DNA of 64,000 bases from Octopus vulgaris (GCA_951406725.2 OX597816.1:155372001-155436000); one strand, 5' to 3'. Counted from the first letter of the stretch, positions 23,060 through 37,525 are shown. Notes: generated by a model not told the origin, from the sequence alone. Program-made: numbers and translations.

Positions 23060-23520
23060 GTTATTACTATTCTGTAATGTTTTGGTTTTGCTTTAATTCA
23101 AACGAGTTGTACCAAAGTCTCAACCAGAGACGTCAAAGGACAATACGGTTTTGCATCTGAAACTGCTAACAAGTGAGGTGCTATGCAACTAAAAAGGCTG
23201 ATGCGTGTGGAAGAGAAAAAAAATCAGAGTGAGTAAGGTTTCATTGACATGGGGAGGAATTTACTTAGAATATGTGAAGTAGCTATAACTATGATATTTT
23301 GCAATTTGTTTCTTTTGGGGCTGCCAGGAATTTGGTCAAGATACTTGTTTGCTCATCTTGATATCACCCCAAGTGTCCCATTAATAATAGGGAACCTTGT
23401 TTTGAGACCGGAGCATAACAGCTACAGATGAATAAGAGCTTGACCTACACTAATTTTGGGCGATGCATACAGTGCACCGTCACCAGCTTTGGTATTTTGA
23501 CACACTTCACAGAAGGACCA
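23060..23520 (-). mobile_element. Decayed R4/Dong-clade LINE 3' end
   Basis: PIINGTLGVIS..NKYLDQIPGSPKRNKLQNIIVIATSHILSKFL on the - strand, bounded by TTA-rich tracts. Confidence 0.65.
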
Positions 23521-23549
23521 GTTTTTAATATTGAAGCTGTATTATTATC

Positions 23550-23888
23550 ATTTTCTCTTTATCACAGACTTTTCTGGAGCTCCTGGAGCGTTACATGCGT
23601 AGCGGGTTTATAACCTGCAGTCTACAGTACCGTGATATTCGTTCTTTCCAGTTATCTAATACCTCCCTGATTATTTTGGCCGTGCAAAAGGTGCAAACCT
23701 TTTGTAGCAGTTTTACTGGACACTCTATTCCAATTTTCTTTATATTCCTCTTGATACCTTCTAATACTGTTCCCAAGCACCCAACAATAATTGGCACTAT
23801 CTTCACCTTCTTCAATTTCCATTGCCGGACTGTTTCATACATAAGAGATTTATCTATCTTTTCGCCTTGCTACTTGCCTATTCGTGTA
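23550..23888 (-). mobile_element. R4/Dong-clade LINE 3' fragment
   Basis: WKLKKVKIVPIIVGCLG...LQKVC..CTAKIIREVL is the REL endonuclease C-terminus. It abuts (TTA)n at 23890-23945. Confidence 0.75.
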
Positions 23889-23946
<58 letters not shown>

Positions 23947-23950
<4 letters not shown>

Positions 23951-24755
23951 TAGTTTTATTTTTATAGCGTGCTTTCACTTCACTACCGAAAGCAGCTCTG
24001 TGTGCCTTAGGTATGTGCTGTGATTTGTTGTGATGCTTTGATGGTTATTGTATGGAAAGTGTTCTGCGTAGGATGTGTGCAGTGCCTAGTAGTGCAATTT
24101 TCTGTATGTTATATGTGTTTGTAAGTCCTGGTGTTTTTGTTATGTATTTGTCTGAATATTTTTTTTATCATGCCTAATGCACCTACTATGATAGGAATTG
24201 TTTCTGTTTTTAGATTCCACTTTCTGGTTACCTCTATTTCCAGGTCTTTGTATTTTGAGAGTTTCTCCATTTCTTTTAGAGACACGTTGTCATCTGCGGG
24301 TATCGATACATCAATTAGAAAGCATTTTTTTCTTCATGATCTCTAACAACTATATCTGGTATGTTGGCCTTAATTTCTCTATCTGTGTGTATCGGCATAT
24401 CCCAGAGTATGGTTGCTTTCTCGTTTTCTGTGACCTTTTCTGGTGTGTGCCTATACCATCTTTTTTCTGTTGTTATTCCATAATGTTGGCATAGGTTCCA
24501 GTGTATGTAGGTCCCAACTCTGTCATGTCTGTGAATATATTCCTTCTTAGCCAGGACTGGGCAGCCAGAGATAAAATGATTTATTGTTTCTTGTCCATCT
24601 CCACATATTCTGCAGTTACTTGTTATATTTCTTTTTATTACATGTTTTTGGTAATTTCTGGTGGGGAGGCTTTGGTCTTGTGCTGCAATTAAAAATCCCT
24701 CTGTCTCTGCTTTGAGTCCTGAGCTTCTCAACCATTGCTGGGATTTTTCTTTGTC

Positions 24756-24756
<1 letters not shown>
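23947..24756 (-). mobile_element. R4/Dong-clade LINE 3' fragment
   Basis: LKAETEGFLIAAQDQ..CRIC..ETINHFISGC..RHD..PDIVV (CCHC knuckle + REL), with (TTA)n on both sides. Confidence 0.9.
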
Positions 24757-24790
<34 letters not shown>

Positions 24791-24791
<1 letters not shown>

Positions 24792-27700
24792 TTTTTTTCT
24801 TCTTTCAAATTTGCTTCCATTTCTTGCCGAGTGTCTTCCCGACTCCTAGGGCAAAGAAACTCATAGTATACATTGGTAGGCCATTAAATAAAACTCAATA
24901 GTTCGTTCATTTTTTTTTTTTTTAAGTTAAATTAAAATACATGAGCAGCAACAGTTCTCACATCGACAATGCTCTTCTCAATACGTGTGATGTACCAGTT
25001 AAGACAATCTTTTTGCACTTCTTGCAGGGATGGTAAGCCAGGGATCATTCTCATATAATTTTCGGTTCCCTTCTTGATCATTCCTAGTGCTCCTACGATC
25101 ACTGGTATTGTAACTGCCTTGAGATGCCACATTTTCTCAATTTCAATGAGTAGGTCTTTATATTTTCTGAGCTTGTCAAACTCTTTCGCTGAGATATTAT
25201 GATCACAGGGGATGCTCATGTCGATCAATAAGCAAACTTTATTGTTTTGGTCTTTCACAACAATATCTGGTTTATTGGCCTTGATGGTTCGGTCTGTATG
25301 TACTGGAAAGTCCCACAGAATGGTTACATTTTCTCCTTCAGTTACAGCCTCAGGGTGGTGATTATACCACTTGTCGGCAGTTTTGATATTGTAATGCCGG
25401 CTTATTAGCCAGTGTAGATATTGGCCAACTCTGTCATGTCTTAATTTATACTCCACTGGTGCTAAGACTTTACATCCAGAGATTAGGTGGTCCACTGTTT
25501 CAATCATGTCGTTGCAGAATCGGCATTTTGGGTCTGCTCCATTTTTCATCACATTGGCCTGGTAGTTCCGGGTTAATAGGCTTTGATCTTGAGCAGCCAG
25601 GATGAAACCTTCACTCTCTGCTTTTAGCCCTGAGCTCCGTAGCCACTGATGGGTTTGCTTCTGGTCAACATCAGCTAGTTTGCTGCGGGCCACATATTTG
25701 CCGTGCAGAGGTTTCTCCTCCCATCTATCAGCCAATTGCTCGTGCGCTTTTTTCGTTGCCATTATTTTCACCTTCCTTGCAACAATAGTTGCCGTACTTC
25801 CCTCGGGTTGTTCAGTTTGGGTATCCTGCGCGAGATCAATAGCAAATTTTTTGCTTTCCTTTATGATAGAATGAAGCTTCTTTCGTCTCTCGTGATTTTC
25901 CACGAGCTTTAGCATCCAGTCATTCGTTATTTCGAGATATTTAGCCAGTCCAATTGTGGTTGTTTTGTAAGCTAGTTCAAATTGGATCAGGCCTCGACCT
26001 CCTTGGGCTCTGGGAAGGTAAAGGCGATCTACGTCTGCCTTTGGGTGGTGCATCCTATTACAACTCAGCAGCTTGCGTATTTTCCTATCTATATTCTTTA
26101 CTTCACTCATATTCCAGTTCAACACATTGTAGCTATAAGTAACAACTGGAACTGCTAAGGAATTTATAGCTAACACCTTGTTACGTGCATGTAGTTCAGA
26201 TTTCAGGACTGCACGAACTCTCCTATAACATTTCCTTCCTGATCTTCTCTTTCATGCTTGCATGCTGAATACCAGAGCCTTAATTTATCCCTAAATATTT
26301 GTATGTTTGTTCTTGCTCAAGCTCTCTTATGACTGTGTCAACATCTACACGACTGAATTTGTGGTCTTCACTTTCCCTTTCTGGAAAGTGGCCTTGGCAC
26401 ACTTCTCAAGTCCAAACTCCATCCCGATGTCATCGCTGAATGTTTTCACAGTGCGCAATAGGCCTTCAAGTTCATTATTGTCTTTACCATAAAGTTTTAA
26501 GTCATCCATATAAAATAGTTGGCTTATTTTTTTATTGGCAATTTTATACCCATACCCTGTTCTGTTTAATTCACTTGTAAGGGGTATTAGGGCTATGCAG
26601 AATATTAAAGGTGAAAGTGAGTCACCTTGAAAAATTCCTCAGTTGATGTTTATATTTTCTGAGGCAAGTACTCCATTAGAGTGGTATAACTGGAGATTCG
26701 TATTCCACAACGACATATTGTGCTTCAGGAAGTTTGAAATCACAGGGGAAATTTTGAGATGTCCAGCGATCTCAAGATCCATGGATGCGGTATACTGTCG
26801 AAGGCCTTTTTATAGTCAATCCATGCGGAGCTAAGATTTCTGCGCTTGTTGTGATAGTTCTCGAGGATCATACGATTAAGTAGCAGTTGATCTTTGCATC
26901 CGTAAGAGCCTCGGCGGCACCCTTTTTGTTCAATGGGGAAAATATCGTTCTTCTCCATGAATGCATATGTTTTCTCCGCCAGGATAGATGTTAGGATTTT
27001 ATACGTGGTGGATAGACAGGTTATAGGCCGATAGTTTTTTGGAAGGTTGGTTTCGTTATTCTTTGGGAGTAGGTAAGTAATACCACGTGCTAACCATTCA
27101 GGTGTTTTCTTTGGGTCTCTCATAATTCCATTGAGCAGCTGAACTAGCTTACCGTGTGCGCATGGGAGCGATGCGAGCCAGAAATTCGGCACCCTGTCTT
27201 TACCGGGGGATTTCCAATTATGGGCCTTCGTGAGTGCCTTTCTTAGGTCTGCTATTGTGATGTCTTCCCATGCTTGTTGTTGTAAATTTTGGTAGGATCC
27301 TTCAGTTTGTATAATCCAGTCTGCATTTATGTTGTACGTCTTCTTGTCACTCCAAATCCTTTTCCAAAGTTTTGAACTTCTTCCATGGTTACTTTAACGG
27401 TTTACTTTCTCCTTCCCTATTTCTCTGTAGAATTTTTTGGCATTGGATGTGAACAGCTTATTTTGCTTGTAAAACTTGTTTCTCTTCTCAAATCTTCGTA
27501 TTCTTTGGGCTTTTGCTTGGACTTTTTGTTTCAGCGTTTCTTTTATTGATATCAGTTCTTCTCTTGGTGAGGATCCAAATTTTCTCTTCATCTTTCTTCC
27601 TGTTCTGGATCTTACATCATTTCCACATATTAGTTCATTTAATATTGATATTTCCCCTCTCATAAATTCAATCTCTTTTTCAATTTTACTTCTCCAGGTT

Positions 27701-30470
27701 TGATTTCTTCCCAGGTTTTGTTTTCTTTGTTTTTTCGGGGGCATACAGCTGGTTTCAATTGCCCTAGCAGCAGCGTAAATAATTTCATTTAACTCAGTAA
27801 AATCAGGTTTTAATTCTTGTATTATTTCATTTGTTACATAGTTGCCAATTTGGATTTGTTTTTTATTTTGGTTTGTATTTGAGAGTTTATGAAGTGGTTC
27901 TCTATCATTCATACTTGTATGTCTTACAACTTCAAGCGTATTCAGGATTTTCTGCCTCATTTCTGCCATAGACTCTCTGTGTTCTTCAGCAAATGCGAGT
28001 ACTTCAGTTACTATTGTTTTATCGTTTCCCTGGCTATCTTTAACATGAACAATAGAATTTCTTGTATCTTCAGGCCTTTGCGTACTTTGGTCAGATGGCA
28101 GGCTTTCAATTAAGCCTCGTGGCGGGCTATACTGTTCATCTGATTCTTCGTTTCCTTTGTGTCTTATATTTATGTCATTTTCCGTTGCGTGCTTGATCGC
28201 GCTTATTTCACTGTCTGTGAGTCTGTTATTTCTAAGGATATCCCTCCTCACATTTGCTAATTTGTTCTCGTCCAAATAGGGCCTACTGTCTTGATTCCGT
28301 GTTCTCCATATACTGTAAGAGTTTGCGGTGTGTCTCTCTTGAGATGGCCTACCTAATGCATAGTAATAAGCGTATATTACTTCTTTATACTCTTCTCGGG
28401 TCCATTTGTTCCGCTTACATTTTTCTTTCTGTCGTGGTTTTGGTGGTGAACTTGGAGGGCTCGAGTTGGGGGATTTCCCGTTCAAGTGACCATCCATGTC
28501 CGTATTCGGAGAAGAGTTTGTGCCAGTTGATGACTTTTCGATCCCAGGCTGGCTCTTCCCTGGGGGACGCGCTTCCAGATTAACCATAGGACAAGCGATT
28601 TGGTAAACTGATTTAGTTTTCCTTTTAGTTTCCAAAAACATTTTGGTGCTACGATAATGTTATCATTTTTGAGTTTTGATTGGCTCGTGGGGAGACGGCC
28701 ATCATTGCCGTTACAATTATAATCGTACCATTATAGCAGCCGTAGTCGGCTTATTATTGTTATTATCATCACCATTATTATCACTATCATCATTATCACC
28801 ACCTTTACTGTCATCATTATCATCATCACCATCACCATCACCACCATCATCACCAATGATATTGTTTTATGTGTAGTCACAACAGTATCTTATTATTGTT
28901 ATTTTTGTTTTTATCATTATCACCATCACAGTAGTGTCTGTCTGTCTCGTTGGCTGGCTTGGTGGTTGGCTGGCTGACTGTCTTCAACGCCAGAGTTCTT
29001 GCCTGTCAAATAATACTTTCATATTTGGTTAACAATAGAGCCGAGGTGAGGTTTGTGTTGGTTGAACTCTTTGAGTGTGTGTGTATGTGTAGATAGATAG
29101 ATAGATTATCAGCACTATTACTATCATTATTATCATCATCACCACCAGTGATTTTTTTTTTTTTAGGCGGGGTCCTATCGGTCAAAAAAAGTTCAAATGT
29201 TTACTACTATTTGAGAGTTTATGAAGTGGTTCTCTATCATTCATACTTGTATGTCTTACAACTTCAAGCGTATTCAGGATTTTCTGCCTCATTTCTGCCA
29301 TAGACTCTCTGTGTTCTTCAGCAAATGCGAGATCTTCAGTTACTGTTGTTTTATCGTTTTCCTGGCTATCTTTAACAGGAACAATAGAATTTCTTAAGAA
29401 AAATTAAGGAAGGGCTGTTCTGTATTGTTTGTGAATAGAGAAGTTGTGTTCGACCAGAGAGAATCTTAGCATCATTATTTTTTTTTCCATGTGCGTTTGT
29501 GTTAATGCAATAAAAAGTGTTTGTATATTTCGTGTAAGGTAATATTGTGGAGGTTGAAGTTGACTTTTCTAGAGATGTTTGTATGTCCAGTTAGAAGAAC
29601 AGGTGTGTTTTTGCAATAAAAAGTATATATTTACATTTATATTTGAATATTCTGGGAGGAAGCAAAGAAAAGTAAGATTTTCATAGAGAGTTTTAGGGTT
29701 TTGTAAGTCCACAAAAAGAAAAGCGTGATGTTTTTAGAGAGAAGAAAAAAAAGGATGTTTACAGAGGCAATTGTGGGTATTAAAGTTTTTAAAACTGGTC
29801 GAATGTATGATTGAAAACTGTAGATATGTAAATTTGTAAATTTCTTAACTTATTTTGAAGGGCTGTTCTGTATTATTTGTGAATAGAGAAGTTGTGTTCG
29901 ACCAGAGAGAATCTTAGCATCATTATTTTTTTCCATGTGCGTTTGTGTTATTGCAATAAAAAGTGTTTGTATATTTCGTGTAAGGTAATATTGTGGAGGT
30001 TGAAGTTGACTTTCCTAGAGATGTTTGTATGTCCAGTTAGAAGAACAGGTGTGTTTTTGCAATAAAAAGTATATATTTACATTTATATTTGAATATTCTG
30101 GGAGGAAGCAAAGAAAAGTCAGATTTTCATAGAAAGTTTTAGGGTTTTGTAAGTCCACAAAAAGAAAAGCGTGATGTTTTTAGAGAGAAGAAAAAAAAAG
30201 GGGTGTTTACAGAGGCAGTTGTGGGTATTAAAGTTTTTAAAGCTGATCGGATGTATGTTTGAAAGCTGTAGATATGTAAATTTGTAAATTTCTTAACTTA
30301 TTTTGAAGAGAATTTTAAATACTCACGAGGTATTGTAGATGTTCCAGTCTTTGAGAGTTATTTTTCCCCGTTGCTAAACTGGGTCATATTAGTGTTTCTA
30401 TGGCTTTCGGCTACTGAATTGTCAGAGCAGTAAGGAATACGTCCAGCCGCTGTCAAGGCTGGTGCTCCTG
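24791..30470 (-). mobile_element. Near full-length R4/Dong-clade non-LTR retrotransposon (RT + REL endonuclease), disrupted
   Basis: ORF pieces 27394-28641 (RNKWTREEY Myb-like N-terminus), 26740-27192 (NYRPITCL, EQKG, WIDYKKAFDS), GIFQGDSLSP and YMDD (26501-26512), and 24932-26176 (CRFC..H..C, RHD, KPDIVV). There are a few frameshifts and one TGA. (TAA)n flanks both ends. The 5' boundary is inferred from the microsatellite. Confidence 0.88.
29409..30304. repeat. Two ~448-bp tandem repeats upstream of the Dong ORF
   Basis: Units start GAAGGGCTGTTCTGTATT at 29409 and 29857 and are colinear with few substitutions. Confidence 0.9.
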
Positions 30471-30622
<152 letters not shown>

Positions 30623-31261
30623 GATGATTATGATTATGATTATCATTATCATTATCATTATCATTATCATCATCATCATCATTGAATGAGAGAGCTACGC
30701 ATGCCATCAAAATGACACTGGGGTACAAATATACGAAGCCCAATATACTCAACATGACTTACCGTCCGAAAAGAGTACATCGGGTATATGCATCACGACC
30801 ACATGTACGCGATATGGTGATCTCATAACAAGATGAACAACACAAGATCTTGCAGGTGGGGCCCAGTTACAATTTTCTTCAGGTCGAGTAGCCCATCCTG
30901 CTGAAAAGGTCCCTGGATAATGCTTGTTTTGAGGATGATGTACAAAACACCAATGTTTCCAGGGGTGAATTATTTAAACCCCAAATAATTCCTCTCAACA
31001 CATGGAAATGATGCTCGTCCACTACTGCTCGTGATCAGAAATGAACATATCGTCAACCATTAAGTGACATACTCAACTGTTTAAATTCAAACAATTCACA
31101 AGCAAATCTATGGTATTGAGCAGAATATTTGCTGTAGCCCGTCTTTTATACCAAAACAAAGCAATGTACATGATAACATTTCCAATCAGTTAAAATCTGA
31201 AGCCATGAGAACCATTGCCTGGTACTGCATCGGGGCATTTATTATCATTATTACTATTATT

Positions 31262-32440
31262 ATTCTATGTTTGACTTTTGCTTTATGTCTGTACAAGTTG
31301 GCTCCAAGTCTCACCCAGAGACCTCAAGAGACAACAGGTTGGAAGTTCTGTGCCATATATTTGGGGGGGGGGGTTGTACTAGTGAATGTCTAATACATAA
31401 AAATAAAATTTAAAAAAAAAAAATAAAATAAAATAAATAAATAAAAAAAGTTTGTTTTAAACCTTGGGATTACATAGAGAGTATTTTGCGTAGGATATGA
31501 GCAGTTCCCATGAGCACTATCTTTTGAATTTCTGCCATTTTGGGGTTTCCTGGTATCTGAGTTAGGTAGCAATTAGTCCCTTTCGCTATCATTCCCAGGG
31601 CACCTATGACAACAGGTATTGTTTTAATCTTCAGCTTCCACATTTTGCTGATTTCTATTTCAAGATCTTTATATTTGCTCACTTTTTGGTAGGTCTTGAC
31701 AGATACGTTTATATCGATTGGGACAGTCATATCAATGAGGAGGCATGTTCTTTGTCTGAAGTCTTTCAATATGATGTCTGGCCTATTTGCATCTATCTTC
31801 CTGTCAGTTTGAATGGTGAAGTTGCAGAGGAGTGAGATGTGGTCATTTTCAAGCACTGGAGGTGGATTGTGTTCCCACCAGTTTTTTTCATGGGGCAAAT
31901 CCAGGTTTTTGCAAATTACCCAGTGAATATATTGTGCAGCTCTATCATGCCTGTTGAGGTACTCTGTAGGCGCTAGAAGACTGCATTTGGAGACAACATG
32001 ATCAATGGTTTCATTTTGTTGTCGGCATACACGACATGTTGGGCTACTGCCGTTCTTTAATATGTTAGTCTGGTAGTTTCTTGTTGGTAGGCATTGATCT
32101 TGAGCTGCTATGATAAACCCCTTCTGTTTCAGATTTTAAGCCAGAGGCCATTAGCCATTGATGGGTCAGGGCTTTGTCAATATCTGCATTATTCGCTCTC
32201 TTTGGGTATTTGCCATAGAGAGGTTTTTCTTGCCATTTATTATTCAGAATATCTAAGGCCGCAGTTTTGGCATGGGTTTTCATGCGCTTAGCTTTTTCGA
32301 CGCTTGTTTCTTGTATGTCTATCTCTAATTCCGAAATTGGTTGTATTCGGAATTCACTTAGATATTCCTTTGCCTGTTTTGTGACTGAGTATGATGCTTT
32401 CTTGTTTTCATGTTTTGAGACAAGTTTTAACATCCAGTCC
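31262..32440 (-). mobile_element. R4/Dong-clade LINE 3' fragment
   Basis: WQEKPLYGKYP..LKSETEG, then NRPDIIL..LLIDMTVP..PVVIGALG. Abuts (TTA)n at 32443-32460. Confidence 0.9.
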
Positions 32441-32461
32441 TCTTATTATTATTATTATTAC

Positions 32462-32735
32462 TCAGTAGTTTTATTTTTATAGCGTGCTTTCACTTCACTA
32501 TCGAGCGCAGCTCTGTGTGGTTTGGGTATATGCTGTGGCTTGCTGTGATGCTCTTATGGTTACTGTATTGAAAGTGTTTTGCGTAGGATGTGTGCAGTGC
32601 CCTGTTGTGCAATTTTCTGTATATTGTATATATTTGTAAATTCTGTTGTTTTTGTTAGGTGTTTGTCTGAATATTTTTTTATCATACCTAATGCGCCTAC
32701 TATGACAGGAATTGTTTCTGTTTTTAGATTCCACA
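32462..32735 (-). mobile_element. R4/Dong LINE extreme 3' end, same subfamily as 23947-24756
   Basis: Shares CAGTAGTTTTATTTTTATAGCGTGCTTTCACTTCACTA and the downstream sequence. Confidence 0.85.
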
Positions 32736-34199
32736 TACAAACAAGAAATCATACTACCTAACAAATAATAATAAGAAGAAGATGAAACAACAAAAGATCT
32801 CAGATGACATTTCTACATGTATAGCAGTTAAGCATTCTCTTCCACACCACCAGTGCCATGACCGCTTCTTCACCGCTGACGGACACAAAATCGAAATACT
32901 CCTGTAGTCTTTCGAGTGAGAATCAACATATTTTCCCTTTCCATCAAAATCTCATCCAATCTACATGTCATTCCTAGTTACCTCAATGCTCCTACCTCTC
33001 CAGGCTGTGCTGCAAAGCTGACGACGAACCAAGTGTCAACTTCATTGCCAACAACCTTCATCGTGGCTCTTGAATTTTGTCGCTTCATATATTGACACTA
33101 GTGTGTGGGCACCAGTACACAGCACAGCAGTGAGCATGGTACCAGTGTATGACGCACCAGTTCGGTTTGCATCTTAGCTCCGCCCTCAAACTTAAAATCT
33201 GAGCATCTTGTCCATTTAGTAATATTTGAAGGTGCATAACATTAGCAAAAAGAGAGGTTATTGTCAATGCGATGCAGTCGTTGCTCTTTTTACGCGTATA
33301 ATTATAGATTTTTTTCCAGTAGGTGAAGGCTTCCCTCTCCTAACACTGCCAAGCGGGGAATTTTGAGAAATTATCCATAATTAATTAGCTCGAATTCCAC
33401 CATAAGTGAGAACTCAGACTTTCTTCATGTACACCCACAATCGCTCCTTGATTATTGTCGCATAAACCTTCAGTTAACCTTGTACAGTATATTAAGTTTG
33501 ACGCTCCACCGATCGCATTGTTCACCTAGTGGAATGCATGAAAATATAATTGCAAGTCAATAGGAGAAAAGTCTAAGAGAAAAAAGTAATAAATTAGGAA
33601 ACGTTGATTATGACTAGAATCTAAAGATTAAAATCGTTAATAGATTTCAAATCGATAGAGAATCTTTTTGCTGTATAATGAAAGATCACTATGATAAAAA
33701 TGTCGATGTTTTTGAAAGAAGTCGTTAACTATTATAGACATACTGACAACAGATGTGAACACCAATATTCTTAGGGTATGTTAAGTAATTTGCTTAATAC
33801 ATGATGGTAGCAGCCGTCGTGAAGGCCTGTGCCTCCTTAATATTTCTTGTTCAAGCTAACACACAAGCAAACATAAGAAACAAGAGAGTAAGACATAGGA
33901 GAAAGGAAAATATTGCAATACGTTAATGAGTTTGGGAATGAAAAAGCAAATATGAAAAAGGAAACAGAAACAAACATTACAGAAATACAATATAGATGAG
34001 CAAAGGAAAATAAAAACAAGAGTGGAAGCTCGTTTGATATGAAAGGTCGTTGTTAAATCGCAAACGCTCGATCGTTATGGAGGCTGGTAGCACTTCTTTA
34101 AATAAAACAATCCACTCATCTCCAAACAAATCAGGATTTTACAAACCTTGCATTGGCAAAAATCAATTTGGAAGCCAACATCAAGGAAAGTGGGATATA

Positions 34200-36660
34200 T
34201 GTGGTTGGTATAAGTACATCGGATTGCTCAAAGAGTAGATGTTAAAAACAAGCGTAGAGCAAATAAAAAATGAAAGAGAAGCTCAGAGGCAAGAAAAAAA
34301 CCCCAAAGAAATAGCTTTAAAACGGTTAAGTATCAAACAAGTGCATTAGTCATGAATGATACCCGAATGATTCGCCGAGAAAAATACATTTTTCTTTGTA
34401 ACTGGCTAAAACATTAAACAACTAAATTTTAGAAGCATAATCATCCTGGTTGCCTCACACATCCTAAGCTTGGGCAGTAATGGTCTTTCAAACGATAAAT
34501 ACCTAAGAAGAGAAAATATAATTCCAGAAGAAAAAAAAATCTTTTCTGGAATGTTGCAAATGTTGGTAGAAATGTAAAGATCAGCTACAGATCAATCAAG
34601 TTATATGTAACTAAAGCCTGTCGTGTGAAAGATAAAGGTTTGAATACGGAATAAATTTGGAGTCTGAAAACATGAACCAGGAAAAAGAGTAAGACGAAAC
34701 AGGTTCATCAAACATAAGTGAACTGAAAACAGTTGTACAGCTCCAAATGGATTGGGAAAATGGAACTACCCTTCATTGTAAATGAATACTCCGAGGAATA
34801 TAATCTGGGTACAAATGCTCTGAGATGACAATCTCCCATCTTCTATATATATGGATGGCATTAAAGTTTACATTGCAGATAATAAGCAACCGAGAAAAGA
34901 CTGTTATATACAGAATACGGACGGGCTGTTAAGGAATTGGCATGGAATTTACTTTGAATGTGCCAAGTCAATAATGAAGAGAGGGAAATTAATGAAAAGC
35001 ATTAATATCATGTTAGAATAAAACAATCACAGATTACTGATACTTAGAAATTAATAGACCACACATTGAAGAAGAATGAACGAAAGGTTTAGGAAAAGTT
35101 ATAATTAGACGTTTTCGGTAAATGATTAAAAACTGAGCTAAATGCCAAAATTAAGGTAATATATAATATTACCGCATCTGTTCCGGTGATAATCTACAGT
35201 TATATCATTCATCAATGGAAATTAAATGAATAAGATCTTGACTAGAAAGCACGGAAAACAATCCAGTTCAAACAGGTCATAAAAAAACTTACAAATCGAG
35301 ATAATTTTGACCAGAAAGTAGGATCTTCTGCAAAACTTATATAAAAGTTTCTGAAAAACTTATATAAAATATTAACTGAATACCTTCTTTCTTTTACCCG
35401 TTTCATGCATTTGACTGCGGCCATGCTGGAGAACCGCCTTTAGTCGAAGAAATCGACCCCAGGTCTCTTTGTCGAACCGCTAGGTTTCTGGGATATAAAC
35501 ACACCAACATCGGTTGTCAAGCGATGGCAGGAGGACAAACACAAACACACATAAATATGTATACATATATATACCTGACGGGCTTCTTTCAGTTTCCGTC
35601 TACCAAATCCACTCACAAAGCTTTGGCCGGTCCGAGGATATAGTAGAAGACACTTGCCCAAGGTGTCACGCAGTGGGAATGAACCCAGAACCATGTGGTT
35701 GGGAAGCAAGCTTCTTACCATACAGCTACGCCTGCGCCTATTTGCACAGCCACACCTGCACCTATATGCTATGAAAATATCTAGTAAAAAATTGATTGAA
35801 CAATTCAAAGTATCTACAAAACATTAAAAAACCGGTTTTCTGCTCAGCAAATATAAAACAAGTTGATATAACACTATGACTGAGGTAGAGAAATAACATC
35901 AGAAATCCTAGTAAACGCAAAACTTGATTGAACATGGAATAACAAAAGGACATGCCAAGATATCACTACATAACATGCAAAAGACGCCTCCACGTGGACG
36001 ATACTTACAACGTTTGATAAAAGCGGAATAAAAACAAAGCTGAGTGCTGGATGATAGGTTCCGATTTCATAGCTAAAGCTAAAGGGCTTTTCAGTGGTTC
36101 AATATCAGATCGTTTGCACTCGGAATTACCAAACATGTTATGAAATGAAATACAGAATACGTAGAGGTTGTGCAGAAACAACCAATCGCGTCAGTTCTGG
36201 CTACTCAGTTTCAACCAAAATTGAGTATATAAACCTAAATGATAAGGTTGGAAACTATACTAGAATTAGGGAATGTTCACAGAAAAACAACTATAGTGAT
36301 ATATACGATAAAGCATCTTAGAGAATGACATACTCGCTAATTTCAGAGATATGCCGTTTCATATCGAGATATTAAGGAACATCCTGCTATTATTCTCAAA
36401 ATCTATCTGAAAGAAATGTCTCTTAATTGATGTATCAAGTTCATTGATGCAAAACTCAGTGAAACTATCCAAATTAAGAAAAAGCATGAACATATAGATA
36501 TTAAGATGTTAGATTTTGAAACTACGAACAATTAGTATTACAGCGTGTTTTGGCAATACTGAAAAGCTGCACACTCGAAATATATATACAAAAATTCAGA
36601 ATTTAATGACCTACTTGCTTTTTCTTTTAACAAGTCTCAGTCACATGCAGAAGATACCCT
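34200..36660 (+). mobile_element. Heavily decayed R4/Dong LINE interrupted by a SINE (35383-35740)
   Basis: Remnants ISHLLY..MDGIKVY (~34830-34870), KTELNAKIK (~35130), TRNYQ (~36120) and HDK-like (~36240). Confidence 0.55.
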
Positions 36661-37295
36661 ACTACAATCCTCCGTGACTGTTTGCACATAGACTTCAGAT
36701 GGAACCTTGAAACAAAGGAGCCATTTCGCTCTCGCTTGACCTGCTATAATAGTAATAATATCTCAGTCAAATTTCTGCTTTTAAGTTTGCAACAAAAGGA
36801 AGAATACATAAATACTATCTTAAATGCACTGTCTAGATGGAAAACAGGATGGCTTCTCCATAAACAACATTTATCGGTTGGCTTTACGGACTTATCTCAA
36901 TTTGTCTGCAGTAAAATAAATTTGATTATTGATGAATTTGTTTAAAAAAACTTGGCCAATACTTCAAACAACCTATTATTAATGGTTTGGAAGAAAATAA
37001 AAAAAACAATTAGTACTTCGATATCGATAGTTTTTCACTACACCGAGCTGTGGAGTAAAAGAGATAGTTCACGGAATGTAAGAACTGTTATGTGGTTTCA
37101 GTTTTATATGGTTTCAGTATTAACTGCCATCGGTAAAAGAATGAACATCACAAATTCCAGTTTAGCCTCCCCTTCAAAACACATGGCTTTTGTACCCAGC
37201 GGGTAAAGCGCAGTTAACTGACTCGATTTTAGTTTGTGGAAACTTGCTCCGGGGCGAGCGCACAACAGGAGAAATCTTCAGAGGAAGAACTTCTT

Positions 37296-37525
37296 ATTTC
37301 TTTACTGCCCACAAGGGGCTACACACAGAGGGGACAAACAAGAACAAAGAAACGGATTAAGTCGATTATATCGAACACAGTGCGTACCTGGTACTTATAT
37401 AATCGATCCTGAAAAGATGAAAGGCAAAGTTGACCTCGGCGGAATTTGAACTCAGAACGTAGCGGCAGACGAAATACCGCTAAGTATTTCGCCCGACGTG
37501 CTAATGTTTCTGCCAGCTCGCCGCC
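37296..37525 (-). mobile_element. Monomeric tRNA-derived SINE (GGCGGCGAGCTGGCAG head) with 19-bp TSD; duplicate at ~40469-40698
   Basis: TSD TTCAGAGGAAGAACTTCTT at 37277-37295 and 37526-37544. The central segment GAGGTCAACTTTGCCTTTCATC resembles the MetaSINE/Sauria-type domain. Confidence 0.85.
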
